Assembly: GCA_964016885.1 (NCBI GenBank) | Contig: OZ024741.1 | Coordinates: 304,792,001 to 304,856,000, forward strand | Reading direction: 5' to 3' | Source of the DNA: Eledone cirrhosa | Lineage: Eukaryota | DNA length: 64,000 nucleotides | Notes under the pieces: model-generated | Databases searched by the model: none | What the model was told of the DNA's origin: nothing | What the model saw: only the letters and a program-made list of their open reading frames with translations | Translations under genes and position numbers: made by a program | Shown here: positions 26,913 through 40,726 of the stretch, piece after piece | Layout of the letters: each line of letters starts with the position of its first letter | How positions within the stretch are numbered: the stretch's first letter is position 1

Positions 26913-27161
26913 ACCTACCAAGCATTTAATAACAAATGTCTATCAAACAAAATGATTGCACTCCGAGCTTCCAACGAAACCACACTTTACGAAAAGCCAT
27001 CAGATGACAAATTCCACATGGAGGAACTTTTCGTGAGCAGTGTTCGTCAATACAGTTCACAGTATGGTGCAGCGAAAAGTATGTGCTACATTGTCAATAA
27101 TTTAGTTGGACCACCAGAAGTTTATCCTGAACATGGGGACTTCACATGTACATGTGTGTTT
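26913..27161 (+). CDS. FBXL4: FBXL4 exon (N-terminal domain start)
   Basis: Acceptor TTTTCTTCACAG; YSSQYG...YIVNNLVGPPEVYPEHGDFTCTCVF resembles human [31 protein letters not shown]; donor GTGAGT; in-frame ATGs at 26952 and 27018. Confidence 0.9.
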
Positions 27162-28124
27162 GTGAGTTGTTTTAACCCTTTTGTTTTATTTTTAATAAAA
27201 GAAACTGCCTGGAAATAATAAAAAAATTTGGAGGGATTTTGTAATATAATTAACTTTCTCATTAAACTGGTGTTTGGAACACAACTTAACAAAGGATCTT
27301 ACAGAAAATGATAGAAAGTTTTTAGATAGATGTAACACTTTAAAACAAACAATCATACAACCAAGGACAGTTTCAGGGGGTTTAGTATCAAAAGAGTAAA
27401 CTTTTATTTCAATTTTTGATCGGGAAAATAAAGTACACGGAGCTAAGTTTACGCCTAAATAATGAAATTAGCACCAATTCAATTTTTAGGGATTATTTTT
27501 TTAAAATCTATCAATCTAGTAAAATGTTTTAATTAAAGACACCTTATTGGAAAGCTGTTTTCATTCAACATAAAACTGAGTAACAATATAACATCTGATA
27601 GTGCAGATAACACACAAAATGACTACATTCACATGTCAAGAAATTCCATTTGAAAGAAATTACAGTAGAGGAAGACCTATGCAGAGGTGATGAGAGTTTA
27701 TTTCAAATCACAATGTATAAAGAGATACTGCGCTGGAAAAGATCTGCCCAATCCATTCTAGCATGGAAATATGGGCAAAAATTTGGGGATGATATTTTCT
27801 AAAGAATAAGAATATATGATTATGATGAGAATGAAACCAGTAGTTTCAAGAAATTCATAACCATGTAAGGCCCCAGAGTTTCAAGGCAGTGGATGAATTA
27901 GCTCCAATATTGTCTAAATTACATTTCCCTTTTTCACAGTAATTAAACTTGCGGGTTTTTTCTTCGTATTCAAATATTTCAATGTACGAGGTTTATCCCA
28001 AAAGATACTAAAGCAATATATGTAAGATTTAAGCATCTGTAGCCAGCCTAGTGGATAAACTATTTTGTGGATATCTCATCTTAAATACATTATGCCCTAG
28101 AATTTATATTCTCTTTTGTTTTAG

Positions 28125-28215
28125 CGCACGTATGGGCCATGGTGGAAAATGGCTCCATCTGCCCCAAAAAACTTTGGAAGATTTTCTACACCTTACCCAA
28201 GTGATGATTTTGTTG
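28125..28215 (+). CDS. FBXL4: FBXL4 exon
   Basis: RTYGPWWKMAPSAPKNFGRFSTPYPSDDFV; AG/GTAAG, phase 0 to 1. Confidence 0.92.
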
Positions 28216-29407
28216 GTAAGTTGCTATTAGAATTTTCTAATCTTGTATCCTACCCAATATAAACAGAAGCAAACTCTATGTAAAATTAAACCACAGTCCT
28301 TATTACCATCATTTTACCTGTTCATTTTTCCATGTTGGATGGGTTGTTGCAGTCTAAATCATTTCCTATTTGGAGTTACTATCCTCCTAGTTAGGTTATG
28401 GATCGTATCTCACCCATATGTTACATTTGTTGGCATGGTTTCTATAACCAGATGCTCTTCCTATTGCCAACCATGTTACAGAGTGTAAAGGGTGCATTTT
28501 AACATAGTTCCAGCACTAGAGAGGTTGCCTTGACTCTGGCAACAATAAACCCTCTATGTTGTGTTCATTCATTAACCAGTACTAGAGAGGTCATCTTGTT
28601 CATGGCAAGACTAAAAAGAATTGCCTTTATGTTGGCACTGGTCATTTGTTCCTTTCTTTCCCTCACAGTTGTATGGGAAGGAGACTAGAGCAAGAGAGTT
28701 ATATAAGAAAAAGTATCAGAAGTAAACCAGAGTGATGCTAGAGGGTCATAGAAGAGAGAATCTGTGTGCACAAATATTCACCCATATTGCAATATTGATA
28801 AGTAAAGTTATCAGTCAAATGCTTCAGAATCGGCTTTGTTGTGCTGAGAGGGACATGGGGGATCACTCACACTCCTTTTCCTCCAAGAAATAGAGCAGGG
28901 TTGAGCTAAGAGCTAGCAACCTTTTCTTATCTTGCATGCTACATGTAGATACATATACATGTATATGATTCATTTTCATGTCCACTTTTCTATGCTGACA
29001 TGGGTTGGATGGGATGTTTTGAGACAGTGTTTTAATAATAATTGTTTCTACTTTTGGCTCAAGGCCAACAATTTTCGCAGTATATTTCTGGTGCTTTATT
29101 TTATCAACCCCGTAAGGATGAAAGGCAAAGTTAACCTTGGCAGGATTTTAACTCAGACTGTAAAGGGCCGTAACTCCATGCTTCAAAGTATGGCATCCAA
29201 CCCTCTACTGAAATTGCCAATCCAATGATGATGTATATTCACATACACACAAACGCACACACTTTTTATGGATATCAAAGAAATCAAAACCAATCAATAT
29301 AAAAATACAGATATACATTCATGCATAACTCATGTATACTAATGAATGCAAACACTTTAAGAAAAATAATTCTTCCATATGATTTAATAAGATTTTGTTG
29401 CTTTTAG

Positions 29408-29537
29408 AAATTTTGTTTGAACGGATGGTGTACCCTGTAGGGATCAATGTCTATGAAACATATAACCCTGGAGCAATTGTGAAAGTAATGGCATGTGACA
29501 GGTTAGCTGGCACATGTGTTGACCAAGGAGAAGCAAA
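29408..29537 (+). CDS. FBXL4: FBXL4 exon
   Basis: EILFERMVYPVGINVYETYNPGAIVKVMACD; phase 1 to 2. Confidence 0.93.
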
Positions 29538-29695
29538 GTATGTATCCTTCATTTTAATCCTATCAACCCATATTTCTGATTTAAAAAACACTATTTGAAT
29601 TAATCAATGAAGTATTTAGAGTGATTTCAATTCTTAAGATGTATTTGTAATATACAAAAAAGTTTTTATATAAAATCATGTTCAAAGATTTTAAT

Positions 29696-29911
29696 TTAAC
29701 TCTTTAGCATTTGCATTACTCCATATTTACTATTGTATTTTCATAGTAAAGGCTTTACCTCATATAATACCGAATCTATGAGATTTTGGTGTTATTTACT
29801 TTGACAACAATACCTTAACATCAGTATGAATAGCCAGTTACAGCCGGTTTGAACAGAAATAGGCGAGAGAATTCTAGCTGGTTACAGCCGGTTTAAATGC
29901 TAAAGAGTTAA
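29696..29911. mobile_element. TTAA-flanked MITE with subterminal direct repeat
   Basis: TTAACTCTTTAGCATTT ... AAATGCTAAAGAGTTAA; GTTACAGCCGGTTT twice near the right end. Confidence 0.8.
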
Positions 29912-31008
29912 ATAGGAACCTTCTGAATGGATGGTTTTGTTCCATAGAACAAGAGGCAGTTTCAGGCATATTGGTATCAAAAGGGTTCACCTTTTTGTTA
30001 TTATTTTTCTAATGAAAGACAGTGTTTATATGCTTCAAATAATTTTGAAAATAACCATGGATTTAGTTGAATACCTAACTTCCTCATTATTCGACTTATG
30101 TTTGGAACATAACTTAACAAAAGGTTCTCACGAGAAGCAGGACTGATTGGTGCCTGGAACTTGCAACTCTGGGTGTAGCCTTAAATGCATTTTCTGAGCA
30201 CAAACGCTCATCCTTTACCAGCCTTCATTGTTTATAACATTATGAAGGAGGGTTTTAATTTAGATATATTTAAATATAAGCAAGATGGTTGGATAACATC
30301 TGTTGTTCCCACTTGGGGATCCAGCTTGATCATTTGGTGATGGTTGCTTCCAATAGGACTCTCTAGAAGGCATGTCTGAGAACTTTGCCTCGACAACCAT
30401 CTCAGAAATAAGAAAAATATAAAACAATGTAAAATGAGAGACTTTATATCATAGGATCATGTGTGGTCTCAGGTGGGTTGGTATTAAAAGGGTTTTAAAC
30501 TTTAAAAAAATGTTCTTTTATCAGTTTTTTGCAATTTTGTGACAGTATAAAGTTGAGGCTTAGATCATGCTCTATCTTGTCGCCCTCAGACTCTTATTGA
30601 TTTATCTTTCTTTCCTCTTCCAAACATTGTAAGTTATCTTGTTAGTCTCTTTTATTCATTATCATCATCATCGTTTAACGTCCATTTTCCATGACAAGCT
30701 GTCCCGTTGTGAACCTTACAGGGCAGATTGGGTGCTCTTTATTGTATCTCCAGCACTACCACTTTACAGTGTAGACGGGGAGCATTTTATCATAACACCA
30801 ACACTGACACTTTACTGTGTGGGCTGGGAGCATTTTATCATGGCATGAATACTATCACTTTACAGGGTGGATTGGGTGTTTTTTGTTGTGGCACCAGTTT
30901 CACCAGTTTACATCATATACTGGGAGTTTTCTTTGTGGCACCCTAAACTATAAATTTATCAATGATAAAAAATAAATAACTAATTTTGGTTTTCATTTAC
31001 TTTTTCAG

Positions 31009-31101
31009 GTGGAATTGTGTCTGGTCAGGTTCCCCTCAGAAATGTTCAGAAAAGTGCAGAATTTTTAAGATATACTTCAAACCAATTTCTTACCCAACTA
31101 A
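31009..31101 (+). CDS. FBXL4: FBXL4 exon
   Basis: WNCVWSGSPQKCSEKCRIFKIYFKPISYPTN; TTTCAG/GTACGT, phase 2 to 2. Confidence 0.9.
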
Positions 31102-32338
31102 GTACGTCTGTTGCTCTGTTTTTGACTTGATCAGCCAATGTTCTTGAAAATCAAACCTTTTATTTCTCCTCTCTCTATAAGTGTCTTTTCTCTCTCATCT
31201 AATAATTGACCTCTCTTTGTCAATAATAGGGGTTGGAATAAGCGGGGTTGGGGTGGAAAATCAGTAATTTTTTTAGGTTGTCTCTGTTGATTTTTTTTTA
31301 AAACCAGAATTAGTCATTTAGTTTGCATATTGAGATCACAACCTATCCTATTTATTTTATAAAATAAGGGATTTCTAGTAATGTACTTTTACAGTAATGT
31401 TTTTAATGTATAAAGAAAATTAATTGTTGCAGGAATGCTACCACTTAAAATAAAATTTCACTGGAGATAAGCAGGGAGTTGGAAAGAATCTGAAAAATTA
31501 ATAAGCGGGGAGGGGTGGATGATTATTCAAGACCTGAGGGTACTTATTTTCTCTGGCATTGTAGATATGTATAGTGAAGGCTGATGACTTAGGGGAGTTA
31601 AGGTGTTTGACTCATGATCATAAAGTTGTCAGTCCAATTCCCTGACTGAGTGTTGCATTGTGTCCTTGAGCAAGACATTTTATTTCATGTTACTCCTGTC
31701 CACTTAGCTGTAAATATGTTGAGGGATCAGAGGCTACAGTGTTAACAATTGAACAGAGACAATATAAGGTTTGAGAGGACCCTTCAGTCTGGATTAGCAA
31801 GTGATAACTTCTCTAAGGATGGTGCCTCAATAAAATGCATATAGTATGCACTTTAAAATGTTAGTGATGGTGCCATAATAAAACACACCCAGTACATTCT
31901 GCAAAATGATAATGTTAGTACCACAGAAAAAAAAAAATTATCCAGATCACTCTATAAAGTGGTGGTGGTGCCACAAAAAAACACACCCAGTACACCATCC
32001 TGCAAGATCCTTGGTATTAGGAAGGGCATCCAACCATTCCAAATAGAAAACATATGGGCAATATGAAATCTTTGTGACATGTCTGGTCTCAGACCATGAC
32101 AACCCATCTAACCCATGCAAGCACAAAAAACCTGTAATACAGTGATGATGATGATAATTCTTTGTTTTCCTCTTTCTTTCTTCTCATTCATTTTGCTTTG
32201 TATTAACTCTTAACAACCTCTAATGATTTAGCAGAAAATATCTAAATACTGGTTTGTTAATTTAAATGATTATAGTATATTTACTAGTGGACAACTTGTA
32301 AAAATTTGTGGTACAGGATATTAAGAGTTAATCTTCTA

Positions 32339-32556
32339 CGGGGGGGGGGGGGGGGGGGGGGGGGGCTGAAAAGTTCCTGGCTTTGGGTAAAAGAAAATAC
32401 AGAAGAATCAGTTAAAAGAAAATGCAGGAGGATCAGTTAATTATGATTTTATTCAACATATTCCCCTTTCAGATTCGCACACTTATTCCCTATAAAGGTA
32501 ACTGCTCTACCCTTTTGCGATACTCTTAAAGCCAGGAACTTTTCAGCACACCCTTG
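32339..32556. mobile_element. mariner-like MITE, TA flanks
   Basis: GCTGAAAAGTTCCTGGCTTT / AAAGCCAGGAACTTTTCAGC TIR; TA at both ends; poly-G expansion in the left TIR. Confidence 0.8.
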
Positions 32557-32692
32557 TAAACCATTTGTTTTTTCCAAACTAGATGTTCAAAATATTTTAG
32601 TTTTCTCTCTTTGATGTAAAATAATGTTTTCTTATTTTTTGGACCTTTTTAGTATTTCATTATTATATAAATTATAATTCTTCATTTTCTAG

Positions 32693-32891
32693 TTTATTTC
32701 GTATTGAATTCCACCACCAAATGCTACAGTATTATACAGAGATAGATGCCATACAATTGATTGGTTACACACCTGATCTTCAAAATGATATCCTTTCCCA
32801 GATTTCATCTAGTCCTGCTATTACTTCAGATCCTGCCATTCAAAATGTTTCCTTTACTGAAATGGATGGTGGTTATTTTAAACTGTTACCG
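32693..32891 (+). CDS. FBXL4: FBXL4 exon (end of N-terminal domain, F-box start)
   Basis: LFRIEFHHQMLQYYTEIDAIQLIG...GYFKLLP; phase 2 to 0. Confidence 0.93.
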
Positions 32892-34877
32892 GTAAATATA
32901 TATACTAATACATACATTTATCCCTTTAAAAAAATCTATTTTTCACCATTTGTTTTTGTAAAATTGTTTGGTTGGCTGAATTTGAAAATTCCATTATTAT
33001 CCAGCTATGCAGGAAAAATAGTAATTAATTGAATTTAGGTTGGTTATTATACATTATTTTGTGTATTGTTCTTGATGTTTGTCCTCCAGGCCAGCCCTGA
33101 ACAAAGGCATTGTAACCACAATGATCCTGTTTGTATATCAGACTATATTGTCTATTATGCCTTTCCTATTTAAAGATAGTGGAGTGTGATTTCAGCGAAA
33201 TTTGTTTGCTATATTAACAATAGCATTGACAGTAACAAATATTCTTAGTGGGATGCATTAAAATTATATTTTCAAATGGTATTTTCTAGTATTATATAAA
33301 GGATTTACATGCTATGAACTGAAATACAACTAATTAATTTACTTTATCTAATATTTATGAGACCTGTGTTTAGTGAATTTCAAAACAAATTATGTACTGT
33401 TCCAAGAAGAAATGGCAAATCACTGTATTATCTTAGATAAATTATACAGTATGCCATTTCCTAAGCTTTCAAAAATTTTAAGTCCTCAATACAGGATTTT
33501 TGAATCAAATTGAATCAAATTGAATCACAGTATCTCCCATGTAAAAAAATTAACTATGGATATAAATTCTCTCTGTAGAAAACTTTGCTTTTCGTCCTTT
33601 CGAGGGTGATATAAAAACATGTACTAGTTGGGTACTGGGATTGATTCTTCTATATCTCTTTCCTTCTCTGGAAGAATCTGCCAGATTTAAAATACCCAAG
33701 ACACACCATTTGTCACTACAGTGCCACTATAACTCCATTAGGAATTTTGAGTCCATACATACAAGTTCTTTTAACTTGTAAAATTTCATAAAAACAAGTT
33801 TCCCAAGAACAAAGAAACACTGTACAAAAACAGGGTTTTTGAGGCAGGTGTGCAAAAAAGCTCTTGGAGTGTATACCTGGAAATACTGAAAACCTTCAAA
33901 GGATTAATAATTTTCCTCAAAGAGTTGGCTTTAGTGATATTCACCCATCTTTTGCAGTTCTCATTTTAGTTTTGAATGGTAAATCTAAAATTGGAAAAAT
34001 AGAAAACCTGTAGTGAAAGCTTTTAATACTTGATTGGAAAAGTAGATTTCTTGAAAGAATTCCTATTGACGGGTCAGAATTTTGGTGTGAACCAGCAAGA
34101 TTTTAAAATGCTGCTGATGACTCTGGTTTGCCATATTTGTCAGAAGATGAATTGATTGTTTACAGCATGCCACAGTTAAAAGAATGTGTTCAAAAGTAAC
34201 CCTCACCTAAACTATATTTTTGTCAATTTGAACACAAAAATGGATGGTTAATTATGGAAGCAGTGCTCACATCATAATACAATTCTAAAATACACAGACT
34301 GACATCATAAACACTTATCATCATCATCTTATGTCTATTTTTCCATGCTTGTGTGGGTTGGATGGGTCCTTTCCTGCACAGTTTCCCTCCACTTGCAGTG
34401 TCATCTACTCTATCAAGTTCAACATTTTGAGATCAGATCCAACCACCTTTTCCCATGTCTAAGCGTCAAATATCAAATTACAAATTCTGGCAATAAAGTA
34501 AACACAAATTCTGGCAATGAAAATTTCATAAATTACATTTGCTTACAATAAAAGAAGCAGTTTAAAAAAGCCAATACTACTACACATCCTGGTGACAGGG
34601 CTGTCAATGGTCTAGAAACATTGATTATGGGTTTAGGAGTCTTCTTGTTCCAAATGAGCTGCAAACGACTCATAAGGAAATATGACAAAAAAAAAAAGAC
34701 CTGATAAAAATATTAAAACATAGTTGTGTCTTAATAATATATGTGCATGGAAAAGTTGACATAGAAGTGATGAGGGTGATGATGATTTCATGTTACCATT
34801 ATGCAAATGTGACTTCAATAAACTCCATAATACTTATAAACATATATGTGTATATATATTTTTATTTTATTTTTCAG

Positions 34878-34948
34878 CAAGAAATACTGTTTTTCTTGTT
34901 AAGCTATCTTGATCAAGTGTCTTTATGTTTACTTTCACAAACCTGCAA
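34878..34948 (+). CDS. FBXL4: FBXL4 exon (F-box)
   Basis: QEILFFLLSYLDQVSLCLLSQTCK; TTTCAG/GTAAG, phase 0 to 2. Confidence 0.93.
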
Positions 34949-35977
34949 GTAAGAAAACAATTCAAATTTTTATTGCTTTTCATAGTTTTATAATTCTTTT
35001 AATTCCATCATCTAAAATTTTGTGTTTTGTAACCTGTTAGACATGAGATATCAAATATTTGCAGTATTATTATAAATTTCTCCTTGTAGTTTAATTCTTA
35101 ACATCCTGTAAAGATTTTTCAGAAAATATTTAAAAATTGATTTGTTAATTCATCATCATCATCATCATTGTCATTTTACGTCCGCTTTCTTTGCTAGCAA
35201 GTGTTGGACAGGTCCATATAGAACAAGTCAGTACTGAAGCGGAGCCACTGATCTCCCAGGCAGACCAGGGGCCCGTGCGCTTATGTACAGTCTCACATTC
35301 CATTGAGTGCTCAGGAGAGGTTGTCATACTCTTGACACAACTGGAAGTCCTCTCAACCCTTTCATTGGCAAGATTTCTATGGCCAGATGCCCTTCCTATC
35401 ACCAATCACTTTATAGTTTATGTTTATAGTATCTTTACTAATGGACACTCCATTGTGAAAGTTTGCAATACTAGTGTCATGACTCTTTAATTTTTAATGT
35501 GTTGCAGTCATAGTGCTGTTTTATACTTTTCAAAAATATTTCGCTAATGCTATTCCATGTAGTATAAGACGTTAAGAGTTAAATGTTAGATGTGTGTTTA
35601 GAATTGCTATATGTAATAACTACTGCATATGATACTAGAAAATGTGAATTTTCTAGGTTTCAATCATTGACATATAACAACTATTACAACTTCTTTGGGT
35701 AACTGCCAAATTGAGTGGGCTAATTTATTGAAACTACATATACATTTATGTGAATTCCATCAAGCTACTTCTTAAGAATTTTGCCAGAATCTGTGGTCTT
35801 GAAAGGGTTTTCATTGAGTTTACAGTCATCAATTTCCTTAATTTTTAGAAATTTTTCAGTTTATAATTTTTATTTATTAACCAGCATTAAATGAATAGCT
35901 TTTTACTTAAAAATTTATTTCCTTAAAAACTTTAAAATGTTATCAAAACTAAAATCCATTTAAATTTTCTTTGTTAG

Positions 35978-36047
35978 ATATCTCAGAGATAGTACCTATG
36001 ATGTTTTCATATGGACGAAAGTCAATTTAAAGCCATATTGGCACAAG
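35978..36047 (+). CDS. FBXL4: FBXL4 exon
   Basis: YLRDSTYDVFIWTKVNLKPYWHK; phase 2 to 0. Confidence 0.9.
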
Positions 36048-36132
36048 GTATGTTCATATTAAAGCTGTATAGTTCATTTATATTTTCTGTTGATACTACG
36101 CTCAATTAAATCCTATTTTATAACTGCATCAA

Positions 36133-36515
36133 CATCATCATCATCATTTTCATGTCCATTTTTCCATGCTTGCATGGGTTGGACGGGTCCTTTTCAGCAT
36201 CGCTCCACTTGCTGCATTTCTTCATTATTTCCTCAGTGAGTCAGTGATTCGAGGTCAGCTGTCACCACCTCTGCCCATGTCTTTCCCAGGCTACCTCTAC
36301 TGCAGCTTCCATCCACTTTTTCGTGGCACTTCTTCACCCATTGATCATCATTTATGTGCATCACATGTCTATACCAACACAGTGTTCTATCCTGCACGCC
36401 ATCTCGGATTCCTCTTAAACCCAACTTCTTCCTTGTTTCATCCAAGCTCTGCCTTTCTCTCATATTTACGTTGCACATCCAATAAAGCATGGCACTGTAA
36501 TTTTTCTCCCTGCTC
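36133..36515 (-). mobile_element. Old RTE 3' fragment
   Basis: MLYWMCNVN..LGLRGIR..WYRHVMHI..KTWAEVV remnants plus (CAT)n tail. Confidence 0.8.
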
Positions 36516-38232
36516 ATATCTTATCTCCTTACACCAACTTACACTACTAGGCCACTTGATTCAGTAAAAATAGCAGGCTAGAAAACCTTTGATCATAGGA
36601 TTATGCAGTAGGAGCTGATCTGGGCTAAACCATAGCAACAACCACACCACCCTATCCCTGTTAACTAGTCTAACAGAGCTTACAAAGTTTATGAACATTA
36701 CCCACTCTCCTTCCCTCTGACTTATTAACCAAGAGAAAAAACTTAAGCCACATTACGTACAAACATAGGAAAAAAACAATGACATAAACTCCATTTTACT
36801 GGAATTTGTCATGGTGCATTTCTTACACATAATGTAACAATCTGTCTAATCCTTGCAAGCATGGAAAATAGATGTTAGACAGTGGTGATGGTGATGATAA
36901 TGAATTTGTGTCATTATATACTAATGTTGTGTCAAGTAGGGAAACTTTGGTTTATAGCTTTCAGCTGATATTAAAGTATTTATTACATTTTGTTTCCTTT
37001 TATATATTTTCACTTGAAAGAAAATATATGACAGTTGGTGGGATGTAATAGTTCATAGAGATTCTTCTAGACAGAAAAATATTGGGTCCCAGAGTAATAT
37101 AAAAACTATGTAATATGATGGTTGGAGCTTGATGACATCTATTACTGTTTACCAAAAATTAGACCAGACCACTCTCAGGTCTCGGATACCCACCCCCTCT
37201 CAAATTTTGCTAATTTATTCCTGGTGAAATTTTATTTTAAGTGGTAGCATTTTTGCGTAAATTAATTTTCTTTAGACATTAAAAAACATTATACATGACA
37301 AAAAAAAAACATTACAAGAAATCCCATACGTTATAGAATAAATAGGATGGGTTAGGGTCTCAATATGTAAACTAAACGACTAATTCTGGTTTTTAAAAAA
37401 ATCAACGGAGACAACCTAGAAAAATTAAGGATTTTCTAAAGCCCCCCAATTATTTGGGACCCGAGAGTAGTTGTTTGACTGAGAAGGCTCTGGTATGGGT
37501 TTGAAAGACAGATCTGATTTTAATCTATGGCTGATGTGATATGATTTTGTTGGTAGGGTTGAATGTAGCATTATGATTTACTTTATTTAGATTTATTTAC
37601 ATTCTAGTTGAGTCATATACAGTCTTAGTTCTATAAATATACACAACAAAAAGCGCCCAGTCCTTGCTGAAAATTGGTCGTGTAGGTGTCACAACAAAAA
37701 GCACCCAACACACACTGTATATGTGGTTGGTGTTAAGAACCACATCCAGCTGTTAAAACCAAGCCAAAACCAGTTCTGTATGGGCAAGACATGGTTATCT
37801 GACCTGGCTTGTCTTAATGGGTAAACTCGTCTAACCTATGCTAGTATGGAAAAATGGACGTTAAACAGTGATGATGATAATTCAATGTTAAGTATCAAAT
37901 CTTTTCACTGCTTATTAAATCAGTGTATGTTTGTCAATTGACAGGACAAAGAGCTAAAAGATCCTAACTCAGTAATGATACTCTGCTGACTCCATATCAA
38001 AGATACTTATACATAATATAAAATTGTGTACTAAGTTGTCAAAGTATGCAATAAAGTTGTCTGTATACATACAGTATAGAGGTAATGAAGACTGCATAAA
38101 TGTGTATAGATTTACACATTTTTAGTATTTTAACATGTAAATATGCCAAATATATGTATTTTCCATCAATTTAGAAGAAAATACATATATTTATATACAC
38201 GTATATGCAGTCTCAGTTACCTTTATACTATA

Positions 38233-39327
38233 CTAGCAGTGTATCCCGGCATTGCACGGGTAAGAACATTGGTAATAGCACCTCCAATGAGAAACGTTCA
38301 TTTGTGAGTGCCTGTTAAAAACTCACGAAAATTTACCAACAGGAAACTTGTTTTATTTGGAGAAAATTAAGAAGTTGAAAGTACAGTTTAGCTGTCTACG
38401 TGCATTGTTCATAGAAATATTGTTGAGCCCCTTCTTTTCATACTCCTTCTGTGACAGTTGTCCACTGGCGTTTCCACTCTGTTTTGGCCTATTGGAGTAA
38501 ATGTGAAAGATATAGTCACAGGTAAAGTTGGCAGAAGGTTCCAGTGTCATAGCAGTAAGGCGTAGGCTACTTACCTCAAAAGTTCATTCGCACTCTTTCT
38601 TTCTATCCCTCTCGGTGCAGTCCCTTGCGAATTTCTCACGTAGGCCTGGTGTAGATTTGCACCCGATCCATCTGCCCGATGCACATGTCTGCTTTGTACG
38701 GCTTTTGGAGGAAGGAGTGACCAGCAGTATGTTGTTCGGTATTATTATGAAAAGGTGTAGCAGAGAATCCCGCGTGAACTAACAGCTTGGGAGGAAACTG
38801 CTTACCTCGAAGATTCATTCGCCATCGTTCTTGTCAACGCTCCGTTTAGTTGGTATTTGTTGGTCTACAGTTAGATGAATGGCACACAAAGGGTTAATGT
38901 TTATTGGCAAGAAGTTTTTTGATTAATAAAAGACGTGTTAAAGCGACCTACAATGTATCATTCTGCGTTGATGTTAGCGGTTTTTGTTATTGTCAATGGG
39001 TTTTTTGGACGGCAAATTCGAGACCCTTCTGTTTCTCCCTCAATAAACTGACTACTATGAAGACCATTCCATGTTGACCTGCAGATGGAAATTCTGAACA
39101 CAAAGGTGAAAGTAATGGGAGTCCTATGTAGCAGCATTAACATTGACATTGCTTACAACGTGTGCTTTCACCCTTAACGGGATCTTCTGAAACTAAAAAA
39201 AATCAATCTGTGAACGCAGAAGTAAATATTTCGAAAAACGTTGCAACCGAAGGAAAACAGGAAGACGATACTTTAGTTCGTGAAGACGTTCCCTGGCAAT
39301 GAATGGAAAATAGCAAAGAAAATACGT
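38233..39327 (-). mobile_element. Non-autonomous Helitron-like element (3' end clear, 5' limit uncertain)
   Basis: Minus strand ends CCCGTGCAATGCCGGG hairpin, short spacer, CTAG|T; CpG-richer than flanks; 39163-39191 shared with 63692-63720. Confidence 0.65.
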
Positions 39328-40481
39328 CTGCAAAGTATGGGTACATAAAAGATGTAGTGGGATCACAGGTAAAATATCTAAGAACGTAGACTTTATATGT
39401 GGCCGATGCTCAGGTGAAATAGGTAGCAAGTGTCCACAGGATACTAGCCCCTTCTATTGCCCAGATGGTTCTATAGAAATAGTAGACACTTTCCATTACC
39501 TGGGTGACGAAATCAGCAGTGGTGGAGGGTGTTCTGAAAGTACAGTAGCCAGAGTCAGAACGGGATGGAAAAGGTTCAGAGAGCTTATACCGCTGTTGGC
39601 CACAAAAGGTTTCTCTCTAAAAATGAAAGGCAGATTGTATGATGCTTGTATATGAACAGCAATGCTACATGGCAGTGAGACATGGGCATTGCGTGTAGAG
39701 GACCTGCGTAGACTGGAAAGGAACGAAGCATGCATGCTCCGTTGGATGTGTAATAGTAATATACGTGAACGGCAAAGCATAAATGAACTAAGTGAGAAAT
39801 TAGGAATAAGAGGGATCAGATGCTGTTTACTCGAGAGAAGACTACGTTGGTATGGCCACGTGATGCGCATGAAAGATGACAGCTGTATAAAAAAGTGCAG
39901 GGCGATCAAAATTGATGGTAGTTACAGAGTAGGTAGACCCAGAAAAACCTGGGACGATCTGATAAATTCTGACCTTACACACTTGCACCTCTCTAAAACA
40001 ATGTCACTGGACCGAGATCTTTGGCGCTACGCAGTAATACTGAAGACCCGCCTTGCCTATGTACAAAGCGAAACCTACAGTCAGTAGGCACCTCTTAACC
40101 AAATATACACCCCAATCCACTACCCCTACCCTATCCTCCCACTCCCACCAACACCACCCTCTCTCTATAAAGTTGGTACCACAACATCCAGTCCAAATAA
40201 ATGAGATAAACGAGATCGAGATCGTCTAGGTGTCACGAGAAAAAAAAAACACACAGTCCACGCTGTAATGTGGTTGTGTAGGTAACACAGTAAAAAGTTC
40301 CCAGTTCCACACTGTAAGTGTGGTTGGTGTTAGGAAGGGCATCCAGCCGTAGAAAATCTGCCAGATCGTCCTATATGAGCGAGACATGGTCACCCGACCA
40401 ACCTTGCCTCAAGTGGGACAACTCCCATCTAACCCATGCTAGCGTGGAAAATGGACGTTAAACGAAGATGATGATGATGAT
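39328..40481 (+). mobile_element. RTE family 1 3' fragment
   Basis: CKVWVHKRCSGI through ORF 39662-40087, 3' UTR and (GAT)n tail. Confidence 0.93.
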
Positions 40482-40726
40482 ACAATGTCCAGTTTGCCTC
40501 ACTGTGAATAGGTTTATAGATAAGATGATGCAAGCTTGAGAAGAATGACATATCATACTGTAGGTGCTTTCATTTTATTTTAGCATGGAAATTGCATTTG
40601 AATAATGACATTTGTGATGATAATGATTTATATACATATTTCTAATTAGTACAAAGCTATTATAGGGGAATTAATAAATGTAATTAAGATATAAAAAAAC
40701 ACAGCAGCTTTGTTTAAACATTTCAG

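Noticed and set aside
26575-26925. 116-aa minus-strand ORF as an independent gene
   Set aside because: No recognisable domain; lies antisense to the FBXL4 5' region
32340-32365. 26-nt poly-G as a G-quadruplex element
   Set aside because: Sits inside a MITE TIR; homopolymer length may be a sequencing artefact
33960-34200. Possible hAT-like transposase remnant (FWCE..NAAD..PYL)
   Set aside because: Too degenerate to support by eye
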